This document shows, piece by piece, positions 10,365 to 24,500 of a DNA stretch of 64,000 nucleotides. The stretch spans positions 161,665-225,664 of the forward strand of contig LODT01000034.1 of the NCBI GenBank assembly GCA_001606155.1, in the 5' to 3' direction. Every line of letters begins with the position of its first letter. The stretch's first letter is position 1. Below the pieces are notes generated by a model. The model did no database searches and was not told where the DNA came from. It saw only the letters and a program-made list of their open reading frames with translations. This DNA is from Tieghemostelium lacteum (Eukaryota). The translations under genes were made by a program, and so were the position numbers.

Positions 10365-13300
10365 TTAATTCATATTTGCAATTGCAATCTTTTTGTTAAT
10401 TTGAGCAAGTGATTTCTTATCTCTATATCTCTTGTAGAAATAATAGACTGCAGAAATAGTTACAATAAGTGAAAATCCAACTACCCCAATTATAATACCA
10501 GCCAATTGACTCTTTGTTAATTTTGATGATTTAGAGGATGTTTCACAATTGTTTTTGTTGTTGTTTGGTGATGGAGTGGCAGAGGTATCTAAAAGTACAG
10601 AGAAATCAGGATCTAATAATACTGATTTCTTGAAATTTGGAATATGAATTCCAATGGTTGATCCAACAGATCCTGATGGTAGATTATTATCTTGTGAAAC
10701 TGAATTTGATATTGTTTGAATTCTGTTATCAATTATACCTCTTTTGATTAATCTACCATATAGACTATGGGAATTTACTATTAGTTTAATGTACTGTAAA
10801 TTCTGATCGTCTTGTTCCTCCAGATTGCTATTGGTTGATGAACTTCCATCTGAACATTCACTATTGTCAAATGACTCTATTGAAGCACTCATTACTAATT
10901 TTAGAGTGTTCAAATTGGAATCAAAGGAGTATGGTGAAATTTCAATTTTGTATTTAATTGATGATGGAAGCATATCAAGGAATTGATTGGCAAAGAATAT
11001 TGTTTCTTTTTGTTGGAAGTATTGAATGATAACTTTTACATTGGTGGTTAAGTTATTGTTTGTAATATTAGATTCATAAGTATATTCATTGATTCCTTTC
11101 AAATCAGATTGAGAAGTGGTGTTACTGAATATCCATTGAGAGAATTTATGAATTTTGAAATCATCTCCATTTTTGTTCAGTTCATTTAATGAGATTACTG
11201 AAAGTAAAGTTCTGAGTGAAACAGTTTGACCATCAGGTAATGTGGTGTTGAAGTTATTATCAATATCAGGATTGGTGGTGTTGATAATAATAGGAGGTGT
11301 GTTAACACCAGATAAAGAACAATCATTTCCTCCCCAATTTCCAATACAAATACATCCTGATATTGTACAACTTCCATGATCAGGACCACTACATTGAGGT
11401 GTTCCTGGACATGTTGTTGCTGGTATCAGTTCATATCCATCAGGCATTGGTGCACTGTTCGAAGGTAACTCAACAGTTTTGATTGATGAAATGTTTTTAT
11501 CCATTGGTACTTCAATGATGATAACTGTGTTGTAACCTTCAATTACTGGTACAATTTGAGTCTCACCATTTGAAAAAGTGATTTCAACATTTTCAATTGT
11601 TCCTAAATTTTTACCGGAAATAATTACTTCACCAGATGGTGTTGGGATTGAAACAGTTTCAATGACACTGTAATTTCTAGAGAGAATAGTATCAATTTTT
11701 AGATTAAACGTTCCTTGATACCCAAAGTTTAACATTACATCAGCAAATCCAGAAACAGTCCATTGTATTGGGTATCCTTGACCAAAACCATATGGAAGTG
11801 ATTCAAATAAACATGAGTAAGTAATTAACATATCTCCAGCTCCAAATATTGATGGTTCACATTGAGTTGATACATATTCAAAATATATAGCATGAAGATA
11901 GAGGGTTGGTTTATATCGTCTACTAATTGGATTAGTGTCGTCTTTTACTGTAAATGTCAGTTTGTAAGTTCTGTTGAAATTTGTGACATCAAGTGATATA
12001 TCTGAAATATGGTTGATAAAATAGGGTAACCCCACATCAGCAGGACAATTTTGGGATGAAAATATAAATATAGATAGATATGGTGTGTAATCTTCCACTA
12101 GTGTCATGAATGGGTCTATATCTGTGAATTTTGGTGGGTTGGTAACACTAACAGATTTAATGTATGACAAATCGTTATAGGTACTTTTAACACCTGCACT
12201 ATCAAAAAGCTCAATATAGGTAATGGTGAATTTTTGGGTTAGACATTGTGGTGATACAAAAAGAGGAACTTCAACCATTTGTATTTTAATATCAGGATTA
12301 CCAGAGAATTCAATGATATAAGGATTACCAATATCAATATCAGATGTTACTTTAATCAAACCATGTGAAAATCCATTTACATCATCTCTAATGGTTAATG
12401 TCCATCCAATTTGTGAACCACCTTCGATTATGTTTCCAATATTTGTTATCATTGGTGGCATTCTATCAGCATTTTCAGATGTAATTTTCAATTGACCAGT
12501 TGAAGGGAACATTAAACTATCAAATTTAACAGTTCTGTAATATACATAATAGGGTATAGTGCCAGTGAATAAATTCTTTGGAATGATGAAATCAGCTTTA
12601 TACATTTGATATTGATTATCCCAAATTCCAAAAGTAGTAACATCAATACTGTAGAATTCAATTCTGATAATTTCATCGTGATGTGCATTGGTGAAATTGA
12701 TGAATAATGTATTTGGACATTCACTTCCAGTAACATCAATTACACCACTAATTGAGAAATAAACCCTATCCAATTGAATAACTGATTGTTCATCTATTTT
12801 AAATATTAATATTATTCTTTTAATTATTAATATAATAATATGTACATACATAAATTGATAGTCATTGGATAGTTTTGAATTGGTGGCATATATAAAGGTG
12901 AAAGAGATGCAAAATTTCCAGCAATATCATAAACAAGAATAGGTTTTTCATACAGTGAATATGTGTAATATGAACTTTTGTTCCTGAAATCAACAAAAAT
13001 CTCATAAATACCATCAAAGATATCTCCACTAACTATATCACTTGGGAATATTTGTGCAAATCCATCGAAAACAATACTATAGACACCAGAACCACTGTCA
13101 GTTGCATGAACACGAATAATAATTTGTTGATATCCAATATTAATAATTTCAATACCAAGAATATTTGGTGAAAAAAGGTCTTTGGGAGTAAAGATTTTGA
13201 TTAGTTAATAATTCTTTAAATCTAAACATTGAAGAAAACATACCGCTTGCTAAAAAAGGTGGATGATAATTTGCATAGAATACCTTTCCGAGACCAGTTG

Positions 13301-14736
13301 CTGTCAAACCTATGTTGCCAATATTTAAGAAATTTGGTATATTGGCATAGTAACCAGTTACCATATTGCCATTGGTTTGAGATTTCAAACCATATGGATA
13401 AGAGACCCAAATTGTTTTTTTATAACCTCCATAAGACAGAGTTACCTCATAGTCATATAATTGTCCTGAACATGTCATTTGTAAGAGATACAAACTATAC
13501 ATATTTAAAGGTGTGGTGTCTGTTAAAGTCATTGGTTCTGCAAGAAGTTCTATTATAATAATATTAGTTATAAATGGAAATTCTAGTTCAAAAAGTAACT
13601 AACATACCACTATATTCAATTTGAAATAAATCGGCATAAGTTAAAGTGGAGTTACTATAGTAGGTGGTACCACTTTCAAAAATTGTATTGGTGGCATACT
13701 GTATTGTCTTGTAATAGAATAACAGGGTTTTACTATTCGGGTTACCAGCAACTACTTTAACAAGATAAGGGTTTTGAACATTAATAACTGGTGTAAAATA
13801 TCTATCTTGATAATCATCTATATTAAATGTTAAATATATATCTCTGTATGCTGCTTGGGGAAATACTGGATAATAATTGTTTTTTGTATATATCGTTGGT
13901 ACAAATATTTCTAAGAAGTTTAGAATAGTTAGAAATAATTGAACAATGTTGTGTGAGTCAAAATAGTACACTTACCATCTTTCAAAAAAGTACCCAAATT
14001 AAAAGGAGTGGCATTATCAACATTTACTGAATCTAAAATTCTAATGATAATATTTCCAAATGGCCCTGAGAATGTTTTGTTATAAGTAACTGCGCAAGAT
14101 ACTTTTAAAACAGTTAATCCATATTGTTCAAATAGACATTTATATCTACTATCATCCAATACAGCCAAATTTACAAGATTAACGTATTTTTCTAAATTCA
14201 ATTTGAGATAGGTTTGATAGTAACCATCTTGTACTAAATTCTTCCAATTTTTGTATTGGGTATTAGTGTTAACTAGAGGATTAGGCATTGTCAAACAACT
14301 CCACATGAAATTTGGTGATGTAAAATGGAGAGTTCCAGTAACAAGGTCTCTAATAGTGAGATACAATGAGCCTTGTGTACCGAAATTAGGTTCAATAACC
14401 AATTCAACTAATTGATTGTTTGATTCTAGGTATTGAAATCTATTTAAACTAATTGATGTGATATTAGGTGTAGACATAGCTGTTAAATGATAACTTGAAA
14501 AATCTACATTTGATGTTATCTCAAAATGATAAGTTAATTTACATTGTTGACTCGAAAAAGAAGTGCTATCTGGATAGATATTAACATCTTCTGGGTTTAA
14601 TAGTGATATCTCGTAATTGTGCGCTCTATCTAAATAAAGATTCCTCTATTAATTATTCAATATTCAATACTGTAATTTAAATCTACTTACTAGTACTATA
14701 TATAATAAATATTAAAATGAATAATAATCCTTTCAT
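10365..14736 (-). CDS. Large type-I surface glycoprotein (1355 aa) with IPT/TIG-like Ig-fold repeats, an EGF-like Cys module (CPGTPQCSGPDHGSCTISGCICIGNWGGNDCS), a TM helix and a short cytoplasmic tail. It resembles the Tgr-type adhesion family. Six exons: 14736..14691, 14629..13976, 13910..13608, 13549..13244, 13179..12850, 12793..10365
   Basis: Signal peptide MKGLLFILIFIIYST. All introns are 56-72 nt with GTAAGT/GTATGT donors, phases 1,1,1,1,1. Frames cross-checked against the ORF track. IPT-like motif PTPSGEVIISGKNLGTIENVEITFSNGETQIVPV. TM LAGIIIGVVGFSLIVTISAVYYFY. Confidence 0.7.
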
Positions 14737-14868
14737 TTTTTAATTGATTAGCATTAAATGTCAATCGAATGAAATCACAATTTTAAAAAAACAATAACAA
14801 GAAAGATATTTATTTTCAAATCCAAATCTAAAAAATGTCAACTTTTCTTTTGAAAACTTTCCCTCCAT
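14737..14868. promoter_or_regulatory. 132-bp divergent intergenic region between the ATG of the 10365..14736(-) gene and the ATG of the 14869..16563(+) gene
   Basis: Start codons at 14736 (minus) and 14869 (plus). Spacer is extremely A/T-rich. Confidence 0.4.
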
Positions 14869-16563
14869 ATGCAACTATCTAAATTAATATTTATAAAAAT
14901 ATTTAAATATCTACAATATAACTTTGAATGTAAAGAAAAGGCACAATTTAAAATCTATAGATTAATTTACCTTTTGAATAGGGATTGTAGAGATTCTATC
15001 TCGCCTCTTTTTAAATACCAATTTCAATTGGGTTACCCAAAAAGTTTAGAAAAGTTTTTCAATAACAATTCTTATCGAGAGACTTCAGATATAACATTGT
15101 TAATGATCGGAGTTGAAATCAACAAAGAACTATATATATATGAAGAACATAAAAACCAGATTATACCTCTTGTTACTTCATTAGTAGTAGATAAAAATCA
15201 ACTAGATCATTTGAAAGATTATTCTTCTGGAAATGTAGATCATTTAGGAATATATCTAAAAGGAGGTAATAATGAATTGGCCCAGTTTGAAAAACCCAAC
15301 AGTTTTCCATCATTGAAATCACTTTCATTGTTTATAAGACATGAATTTAATGCTTCCATTCTATCGAGTGTCTTTCAAGGATTTAATCAGCTACATAGTA
15401 TCAAGATTCAATCCGTTCATTCTTCTCATATTCAAATTGCTTTGAATCTTGGGAGTTTAAGAAATCTTCACCATCTAAAAAGACTTGAACTAATTCAATT
15501 ATTCATATCCCAAGAAACTGAATTGAATGTGCTTATTAGTACACAAAGATCAATGGAAACTCTAATTATCAGGGAAATTCAAACTCATCCAGGTCATGAA
15601 GAACATGTACAAAACATTCATAGAATATTTACGGAGCTAGAACAAAATCAAACATTGAAAACATTTGAATTATATGGGTGTTTGAATGACCTAGCTATAA
15701 ACACCCTGTTTATCATCAATGCTATAAATAGGAATTCTACATTGACTACACTAATAATAGAGCACAACCACGATATAGTTGAAGACGATCTTGCCACACA
15801 AGGGCTACTAAGCATTCACAATGTAACTTTAGAAAATTTCAAAACATCAATTTCACTTCTAAAAGTACCCAAATTTTATCTCCACAGTCTTTGGTCCGTA
15901 CAATCGAAAATAAGGTCAATAAGATTATCAGAAAGCTCAAATATGGCTAGTTTTAATCACTTTCATCAAGTTAGAGAAATGATCTATAACTATTCATCAC
16001 AGTTGGCACCACTAATTGGTATTCTATCATTACATCACCCAACATTGAACACAATAATAATGGAAGGAACAGTAGCCGAATGTAAAACTTTAGAATGGAA
16101 AGAACTATTTGAGTCCATTTCAAAAAATAGATATATTCACACACTGAAATTTAAACATAGTGCAATACCCGTTGAGCAATTACTCATACTTCTCAGAATG
16201 AATATACCACATATCAGCAAACTACATGTTCTGTTCAACTCAATAACCTATGAGATAATAGATTCAATAGAACAACCACTTATGCAAAATCCATATATTC
16301 ACAAGATTTCAATTGATTCAAAATCTAAAATCACTAGATATAACCATTCTCTTATATTAATGCTATTTGATTGTCCAAATTTGAGATGTATTAAATCTCA
16401 TTGTAAAATAGAAAAAATCACCAATGAACAATTTAGAAAGTATTTATTTAATAATTTGTATCATTTGGAAAGAGTAGATATCTTTGGATTGACACCATCA
16501 CTTGATTATTGGGTGCAAAGATATTTTTTAAATAAAAAAACAACTAGTGTGGGTCTGCTGTAA
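14869..16563 (+). CDS. F-box-like / leucine-rich-repeat-like family protein of 564 aa, lineage-specific family
   Basis: N-terminal LSKLIFIKIFKYL is F-box-like. Repetitive L-rich units (NQTLKTFELYGC, NRNSTLTTLIIEHN). Single exon with a true ATG at 14869. Confidence 0.55.
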   Translation: MQLSKLIFIKIFKYLQYNFECKEKAQFKIYRLIYLLNRDCRDSISPLFKYQFQLGYPKSLEKFFNNNSYRETSDITLLMIGVEINKELYIYEEHKNQIIPLVTSLVVDKNQLDHLKDYSSGNVDHLGIYLKGGNNELAQFEKPNSFPSLKSLSLFIRHEFNASILSSVFQGFNQLHSIKIQSVHSSHIQIALNLGSLRNLHHLKRLELIQLFISQETELNVLISTQRSMETLIIREIQTHPGHEEHVQNIHRIFTELEQNQTLKTFELYGCLNDLAINTLFIINAINRNSTLTTLIIEHNHDIVEDDLATQGLLSIHNVTLENFKTSISLLKVPKFYLHSLWSVQSKIRSIRLSESSNMASFNHFHQVREMIYNYSSQLAPLIGILSLHHPTLNTIIMEGTVAECKTLEWKELFESISKNRYIHTLKFKHSAIPVEQLLILLRMNIPHISKLHVLFNSITYEIIDSIEQPLMQNPYIHKISIDSKSKITRYNHSLILMLFDCPNLRCIKSHCKIEKITNEQFRKYLFNNLYHLERVDIFGLTPSLDYWVQRYFLNKKTTSVGLL

Positions 16564-16750
16564 AGAACAAATAAAATCAAAATTTAAATTAATAATGATA
16601 TCAAATTGTAAGCACCTAGGTCCTACAAAAAATCATGAAATACCACATTGAAATTTTCTTTCAAAATGAAATTTACAATGTCTATTCAAATATCCAATAA
16701 ATAAAATTTTCTTGATAGGTTAATAATGATAAACTTTATTGATGTACTTT

Positions 16751-19700
16751 TTAATTCAAAGTTGCAATCTTTTTGTTAATTTGAGCAAGTGATTTCTTAT
16801 CACTGTGTCTTTTGTAGAAATAATAGGTTGTGGATATAGTTACAACAAGTGCAAATCCAACTGAACCAACAATAATACCAGCCAATTGACTCTTTGTTAA
16901 TTTTGATGATTTAGAGGATGCTTCACAATTGTTTTTGTTGTTGTTTGGTGATGGAGTGGCAGAGGTATCTAAAAGTACAGAGAAATCAGGATCTAATAAT
17001 ACTGATTTCTTGAAATTTGGAATATGAATTCCAATGGTTGATCCAACAGATCCTGATGGTAGATTATTATCTTGTGATACTGAATTTGATATTGTTTGAA
17101 TTCTGTTGTCAATAATTCCTTTTTTGATTAATCTACCATGAAGAACATGTGAATTGAGATTTAATCTAACATAAAGTGAGTTTTGGTCTTCTTGTTCTTC
17201 CAGATTGCTATTGGTTGATGAACTTCCATCTGAACATTCACTATTGTCAAATGACTCTATTGAAGCACTCATTACTAATTTTAGAGTGTTCAAATTGGAA
17301 TCAAATGAGTATGGTGAAATTTCAATTTTGTATTTGATTGATGATGGAAGCATATCAAGGAATTGATTGGCAAAGAATATTGTTTCTTTTTGTTGGAAGT
17401 ATTGAATGATAACTTTTACATTGGTAGTTAAGTTATTGTTTGTAATGTTAGATTCATAAGTATATTCATTGATTCCTTTCAAATCAGATTGAGAAGTGGT
17501 GTTACTGAATATCCATTGAGAGAATTTATGAATTTTGAAATCATCTCCATTTTTGTTCAGTTCATTTAATGAGATTACTGAAAGTAGAGTTCTGAGTGAA
17601 ACAGTTTGACCATCAGGTAATGTGGTGTTGAAGTTATTATCAATATCAGGATTGGTGGTGTTGATAATAATAGGAGGTGTGTTAACACCAGATAAAGAGC
17701 AATCATTTCCTCCCCAATTTCCAATACAAATACATCCTGATATTGTACAACTTCCATGATCAGGACCACTACATTGAGGTGTTCCTGGACATGTTGGTGC
17801 TGGAACAAACTCATATTCATCAGGCATTGGAGCGTTATTCGATGGTAGCTCAACAGTTTTGATTGATGAAATGTTTTTATCCATTGGTACTTCAATGATG
17901 ATAACTGTGTTGTAACCTTCAATTACTGGTACAATTTGAGTCTCACCATTTGAAAAAGTGATTTCAACATTTTCAATTGTTCCCAAATTCTTTCCAGAAA
18001 TGGTTAATTTTCCAGATGAAGATGGAACTGAAACTGTTTCAATTACACTATAGTTTCTAGAGAATACAAATGGTGATGTTAAATTTGTAGTACCTTGGTA
18101 TCCAAAGTTTAACATTACATCAGCAAATCCAGAGGCTGTCCATTGTACTGGGTATCCCTGACCAAAACCATATGGAATCGATTGGAAGGTACATGTATAG
18201 GAAATGTATATATCATTAGCTCCAAATGTTGTTGGCTCACATTGGGTAGATACAGTTTCAAAGAAAATAGAGTGAAGATACATTTTTGGTTTAATTCTTC
18301 TACTTAAAGCATTTGTATTTGCAGTGTCTCTAGCTGTGAATATCAATGTATGTGATCTATTGTAGTGGGAAGTATCAACACTATTATAAGTTACAATGTT
18401 GGGAATGTAAGGTGGAAGGGTATCAGCAGTACAAGTAAGACTGCTAAGGATTTGAATAGATAGAGAAAGGGTTGCACTATTAATGATTGAAATGAAAGGA
18501 CTTATATCTTTGAATACTGGTGGTTCAGAAACACTTGCTGATTTAATGAATGACAAATCGTTATAAGTACTTTTAACACCTGCACTATCAAAGAGTTCAA
18601 TATAGGTAATGGTGAATATCTGGGTTAAGCATTGTGGTGATACAATTAATGGTGCTTGAATGGTTTGTGTAATGGAATCAGGTATACCTGTCAATTCAAT
18701 GATATAAGGATTACCAATATCTAGATCAGATGTTACTTTAATCAAACCATGTGAAAATCCATTAGGTCCATCTTCAATTGTTAATGTCCATCCAATTTGT
18801 GAACCACCAGCTATTGTGTTATCAATATTTGTTATCATTGGTGGCATTCTATCAGCATTATCAGATGTAATTTTCAATTGACCAGTTGAAGGGAACATTA
18901 AACTATCAAATTTAACAGTTCTGTAATATACATAATAGGGTATAGTGCCAGTGAATAAATTCTTTGGAATGATGAAATCAGCTTTATACATTTGATATTG
19001 ATTATCCCAAATTCCAAAAGTAGTAACATCAATACTGTAGAATTCAATTCTGATAATTTCATCGTGATGTGCATTGGTGAAATTGATGAATAATGTATTT
19101 GGACATTCAATTCCAGTAACATCAATTACACCACTGATTGAGAAATAAACCCTATCCAACTGAATAACTGATTGTTCATCTATTTTAAATTTCAATATTA
19201 ATATATTAATGGATGTAAACTAATTAACATATATACATACATTTTGAATTGATAGTCATTGGATAGTTTTGAATTGGTGGAATTATGTTTGGTGATATTG
19301 AGGCACTATTACCAGCCATATCATAGACTATTGCAAGTTGATCATAAATTGAAGATGTAAAATATGAACTTTTGTTTCTGAAATCAACAAACTTTTCATA
19401 AATACCATCTAATTTATTACCACTGGCTAAATCACTTGGGAAAAGTTGTGCAAAACCATCGAAAACAATACTGTAGACTCCTGAGTAATCATCAGTTGCA
19501 TGAATACGAATTATAATTTGTTGATATCCAATATTTATAAATTCAATACCCTCAATACTTGGAGCAATTATATCTATAGAAATGTTAATTATTAATCTAT
19601 AAAAATATATTATTTTAATACATACCATTAAGTGTGAATGTTGGTGGTTGATAATTTGTATAAAATGTTTTTCCAAGACCTGTAACTTTAAATCCCAGAT

Positions 19701-21128
19701 TAACAGAATTTTTATAGGGTGGAGCATATGCATAGAAGCCAGCTTCCATTATACCATTGTTGAGTTTAGATTTCATACCATCTGGATAAGATACTAAAAT
19801 GGTTTTTTTATAATTTCCATAAGATAGAGATACCTCATAATTGTATAATTGTCCTGAACTTAACATTTGTAAGAGATAAAGATTATATAAATTTGTTGGA
19901 TTTGTAGCAGTTAATGTCATTGGTTCTACGAGAAGATCTAAAATATTTAAATATTAGTTAGGGTAATTGCTATACAATATATTAAGACATATGCATACCT
20001 GATGGAGAATAAGTATATAAACTATTATATACAAAAGTTGAGTTAACAAAGTAATTTATAGCCATTTCAAAATTATCCAAAGCTCCATAACTGATAGTTT
20101 TGTGATAGAGTAACATGGTTTTACTATTAGAATTACCAGCGACAACTTTAACAAGATAAGGTTTCTGTATATTGATAACTGGTGTAAAATATCTATCTTG
20201 ATTATTATCAATTGGAATCTTCATATAGATGTCTCTATAGGCCAGATTTGACAATGAGTTTACCATTGTACTAGATTGAAAAATTGGTATTATAGGAGCT
20301 AGATAAAAATAGTTAGTAAAATCAAGGTAACTATTTAAATAAATCTTTGGTACTACATACTATAATTAATAAAAGTACCTATACTTAATTGGGTAGAAGT
20401 GTCTGGATTCACTGAATCTAGAATTTTAATGGATAGGTCTCCAAATGGTCCTGTAAATGCAGTGTCATAGGCAATGGTACATGTTAACTTTAAAATGTCA
20501 AATCCAAACTGTTCAAATTTACATGTATATATATTGCCAACTAAAATAGCTAAATTTTCCAAATCGGCATATTTATCTAAATTCAATTTTAGATAAGTTT
20601 GATAGTATCCATCTTGTCCTGAATTCTCCCAGTTTTTGTAATTATTATTTAGAATAGTAACAGGTAGAGGCATAGGTTGACATTGATACTTAATGGTGTT
20701 AGATCTAAATACTTCAGTTGCACCATTGCTCATGTTAATGTAAAACGAACCTTGTTCACCAAAGTTTGGATTTAAAGTTACTGTTACCAATTTATTGGAT
20801 GACTCTAAATAGGGTGAGGACATAACAATTAAATTACCAACAGTTGGTATAGGTATAGCATCAATATCAAAATTTAACATATCAGCATCACCATTGTCTT
20901 CAGATATTGAAAATCTATAAGTAATTGAACATTTCTGTGTAGAATAAGTTAAAGTATCTGGATAACTATTTACAGAGTCTGGGTTTAATAATTGAATTTG
21001 ATAACCATCTACAATATTTATAAATGTTAATATACTATATAAAAACTTTTTCTGATTGCCATTTTCAAAAATTTATATGTACCTGAACAATAAAGAAATA
21101 AAAGTAAACAAAATAATAAAATTTTCAT
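16751..21128 (-). CDS. Paralog of the 10365..14736 gene with the same architecture and 6-exon structure (1355 aa). Exons 21128..21083, 21008..20361, 20298..19999, 19937..19626, 19573..19241, 19179..16751
   Basis: Intron positions and phases are identical to the paralog. Introns are 52-74 nt. Signal peptide MKILLFCLLLFLYCS. The last about 1.2 kb and the 5' part of exon 6 are near-identical at the DNA level to the paralog. Confidence 0.7.
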
Positions 21129-21569
21129 TCTTGTATGTTTAAAAATTCAATGGTGAAGAATTGTTTAAAGTGGCAAAAGAATTGGTGAAGTAAAAAAAAA
21201 TGATTACAGATATTTGAGAAAATATCGTAAAAATCTATTTGTGGGTTTTTGATCATCGATATTTAATCTACATCAATTCGAAAGTGTAGATCTAAATTGA
21301 ATTTATTCTATAGTGCTTACAATTAACAAATAACCAATCAAATGAAGGATTGTAATTACCAACTTCAGTTAATATATATTTTTCATAGTCTATGTACTAT
21401 TATTACTATGAAATGATTATTTCCTATAGATAATATTCTATCTTTTAAATTTAACCATTAAGTGTATTCATATCTAAATTCTTTTTTAACAAATATTCTT
21501 GTATTTTCCCAAACTTTTTTTGTTTCTAAATAAATAAATATAGTTTTGTTTTTATTATTATTATTATTA

Positions 21570-24500
21570 TTATTTTCTCTCATTACTGTGTGTATTTGAT
21601 CTTTTCTTTTCAGTGTTTACAGAGATACGATGAGATTCATCTAAAAGTGATGGAGATGAAAGTGAGGTTGGTGATGTTCCAATGGGATTGAGAGCATGTG
21701 AAGGTACTGCTGAGAGTGTAGGTGACAATGGTGAATTGTTATTATTATTACTATTAGATGAACTATTTAAAACTTGTAAACTTTTGGATAACAAATCACT
21801 TTCTTTTTCTTTGAATCTAACTGCTAAAACTTTACATTTGTTCAATTCTTTCTTTACATCTTCTCTTTGTTTTTCAATTGGTAATAGATCTTGGTTTGGT
21901 ACAAAGTCAAGTAAAAGTTCTTCTAAACTTATATAAGCCTGCCACAGTTGCAATAAATGTTGATAGAGGTTGCATACTGCATAACTGAATCTAGTCTCTG
22001 CAGTTTGAATCTGTAATTCATCAGAGCTTATTCCATTTTCAAAGAGTTTAGCTCTGGTATTGTTAGTTAGAGTTCTCTGTTCAGTGTAAATATTGAGATA
22101 GTTTGTGAAATTTGCAATACCCTTCTCACGTTGTTCCAAAAATGGTGATTTTACATTATGTGTCTGAGTTGGTGAATTGGCTTTAAATGTACTGGTATTA
22201 GGTTGTTGTTGGTGTGCTATATAGTTCTCCAAGTGTTTCTTGTATCTCTCTGCAAGGGATTGAGTATTGTGCACTTCCGTTGCAGATCTCACAAAATTTG
22301 GTTTCTCAAAGATATCAACAGTCAAAGCTGAGACCTCTGATGCAATAGATATAATGAGCGGCAGACACTGATTGAACAAAGTCTTGTATTCAATGGTTAT
22401 GTGTTGAATTAACTGATAGGCTGCAGTAAAGACATCAAATAGATCCTTCTCAGAAGTGAATTCAATCTGCTCCGAACAACTATTCCACCAACTTTTTGCG
22501 GCTGTTACATTGTAACTTAGAGTTGTCAATGCACTGTTGGTATGGAACTGCATGTTTCTAGATAACGTTGGAGAAGATGACTGAACTGATTTTCTATTCT
22601 GCCCACCTGATAAGGTAGTAGGAGATGTGGGCTGAGTTGATAGCCCTGCTAGAAGGTTTCCACTACTTCCTGATCCTGCACCTAGAGATATAGGTGTAGG
22701 GTTAGTGCCTTGGCTTGATATGGATGATGTAGAACCACTGGGAGACTTCAACAAATCCGCATTGGAAACTGCATGTGCGAGTGGATTGCTATTCAACGAA
22801 TTAGATCTTGAACTGGGGTTAGAAGGTATATCATCATTCATGTCACCTAAACCCTCCAAAATATCATTGAATCCTTGGAAATGAGGGAAATTGTGGAACT
22901 CTAAATTGGGCTCAAAGTCATTGGATCTAAGTGTATCAGTATTGTCATTATCAATATCAGAAGATGGGTTGTGACCTATAGAGGATGTAGTTGCATCATT
23001 ATCAGAAATGAAATCATCGATATTGGAATCATAAATCTTTTGTGGTTCATCTTGAGTGCTAAAGAAAGTCTCGAATATCTGAGTTGTACTGTACATTGAT
23101 TTAGCCAATTGTGAACTGGTAGCTGATTTAGCACAACTGTCAAGAACCTTCAATAGGTAACTAGCAGATAACAATGTACCTCTGTCCACCTTATTTGTGA
23201 ATTTCTTTACAATTCCAGTAGATCTACTAGGTTTCATGCTGGCATTCTCAATTGCCACAAGATTGGTTGGTGAATTTCCACTGGTAATCTCAATGAATCT
23301 TATAGCTTGACTGACGTTATAGTGTGGTGATTTGTGATCATTAATCAGTTGAGTTACAGTATCATACCAATCAGCAACACGAGAAGATCTGGTATCAGCT
23401 GGATTGACACCACCTTTAACTAGAGCTGTTAGGATCTTAAGTATAGGATACTGGTATTCTGAAGGTCCAAACTCCAACATATTGAAAAGTAAACTGAATA
23501 CCAATGTACTATTCTTGATGACAGATTCACATAGTGGAGGTGACAAATCTTGTAAAAACTGATCAAATTGACAATAGTAGACTTCGTGGCTGTAGTTATT
23601 GAAAATAGTTGAAAGTCTAGTTAACCCCATATTCTCAGCTAGTTCGGATATGTGTTCAGCAGTCTCTATGCTAAGGTAAGTAGGCTCACCAATAGTTATA
23701 CACAGGTAAGGTAACAATGCAACTAGATTTGTTATAAATCTAACTGGATCAGGATGGAAAAGTTCATCACAAGGTTGTAAAGTGATTTTGGATAAGAACT
23801 CAACTGAGATTTGTGCGGTGTTAGGTGACATTAAACCATTGATTATCAGTGGTTGCAACCCACGGAAATTCTCCCATTCCTTAGGTAACGATGCTAAGAA
23901 GACGTTTTGAACAGCTCTATCTGAGAAATTTACAATGTCCAGTAGTAAAGAGAGAAGTTTGATTGCACCGATAAAGTGTTGTTCAAATTCAGTGTGTAGT
24001 ATTGCCATGGTACCCCAGAATATCTGTGGAAATAGAATGAGTTTAGAAGGATGAATACACTTGACCATCACTTGAAGTGTCTCTAGAATCTCAGAGACTA
24101 GAATGGCATTCTCCGGTGAGAGATTCTGTAGGTATTTACCAAGACTCTGCATAACTTCAGTCAGAGAATCTATGGTAGATGTTGGTTCTAAACCTCTGAT
24201 TATCTGATACGATCTCATTGCCAGTCTTTGGTTAGGTGAGTTTATAGCATAGTACAAGGCAGTGGATCCCCAATGTTCTTTAAGTTCTGGACTACCATCA
24301 CTAAGTACAAATACCACACGTTTGGAGAGTGTAACTACATATTTAGGATTAGAAATATCCTTTTTGTTAGCAGCCATTGCTAGCTCTTTCAAAGATCCAC
24401 TAGAGGCATTTTCGTCAATTCTATAGACAGATGGTAATAAAGAGTCAACTAGTTGAATGGCATCATCGTATATGGGGTTGTCAATAGTACCACCTTCTTG

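Noticed and set aside
12794-12851. MYVHIIILIIKRIILIF / MKFKIDEQ 'N-termini' of the 828- and 814-aa track ORFs
   Set aside because: These residues are translated intron. The real exon 6 begins at the AAAATAG acceptors (12793 and 19179) and is joined to five upstream exons.
21240-21300. Short imperfect inverted repeat (ATCTACA..13 nt..TGTAGAT)
   Set aside because: A 7-bp stem in AT-rich DNA is expected by chance. It is not a convincing terminator or TIR.
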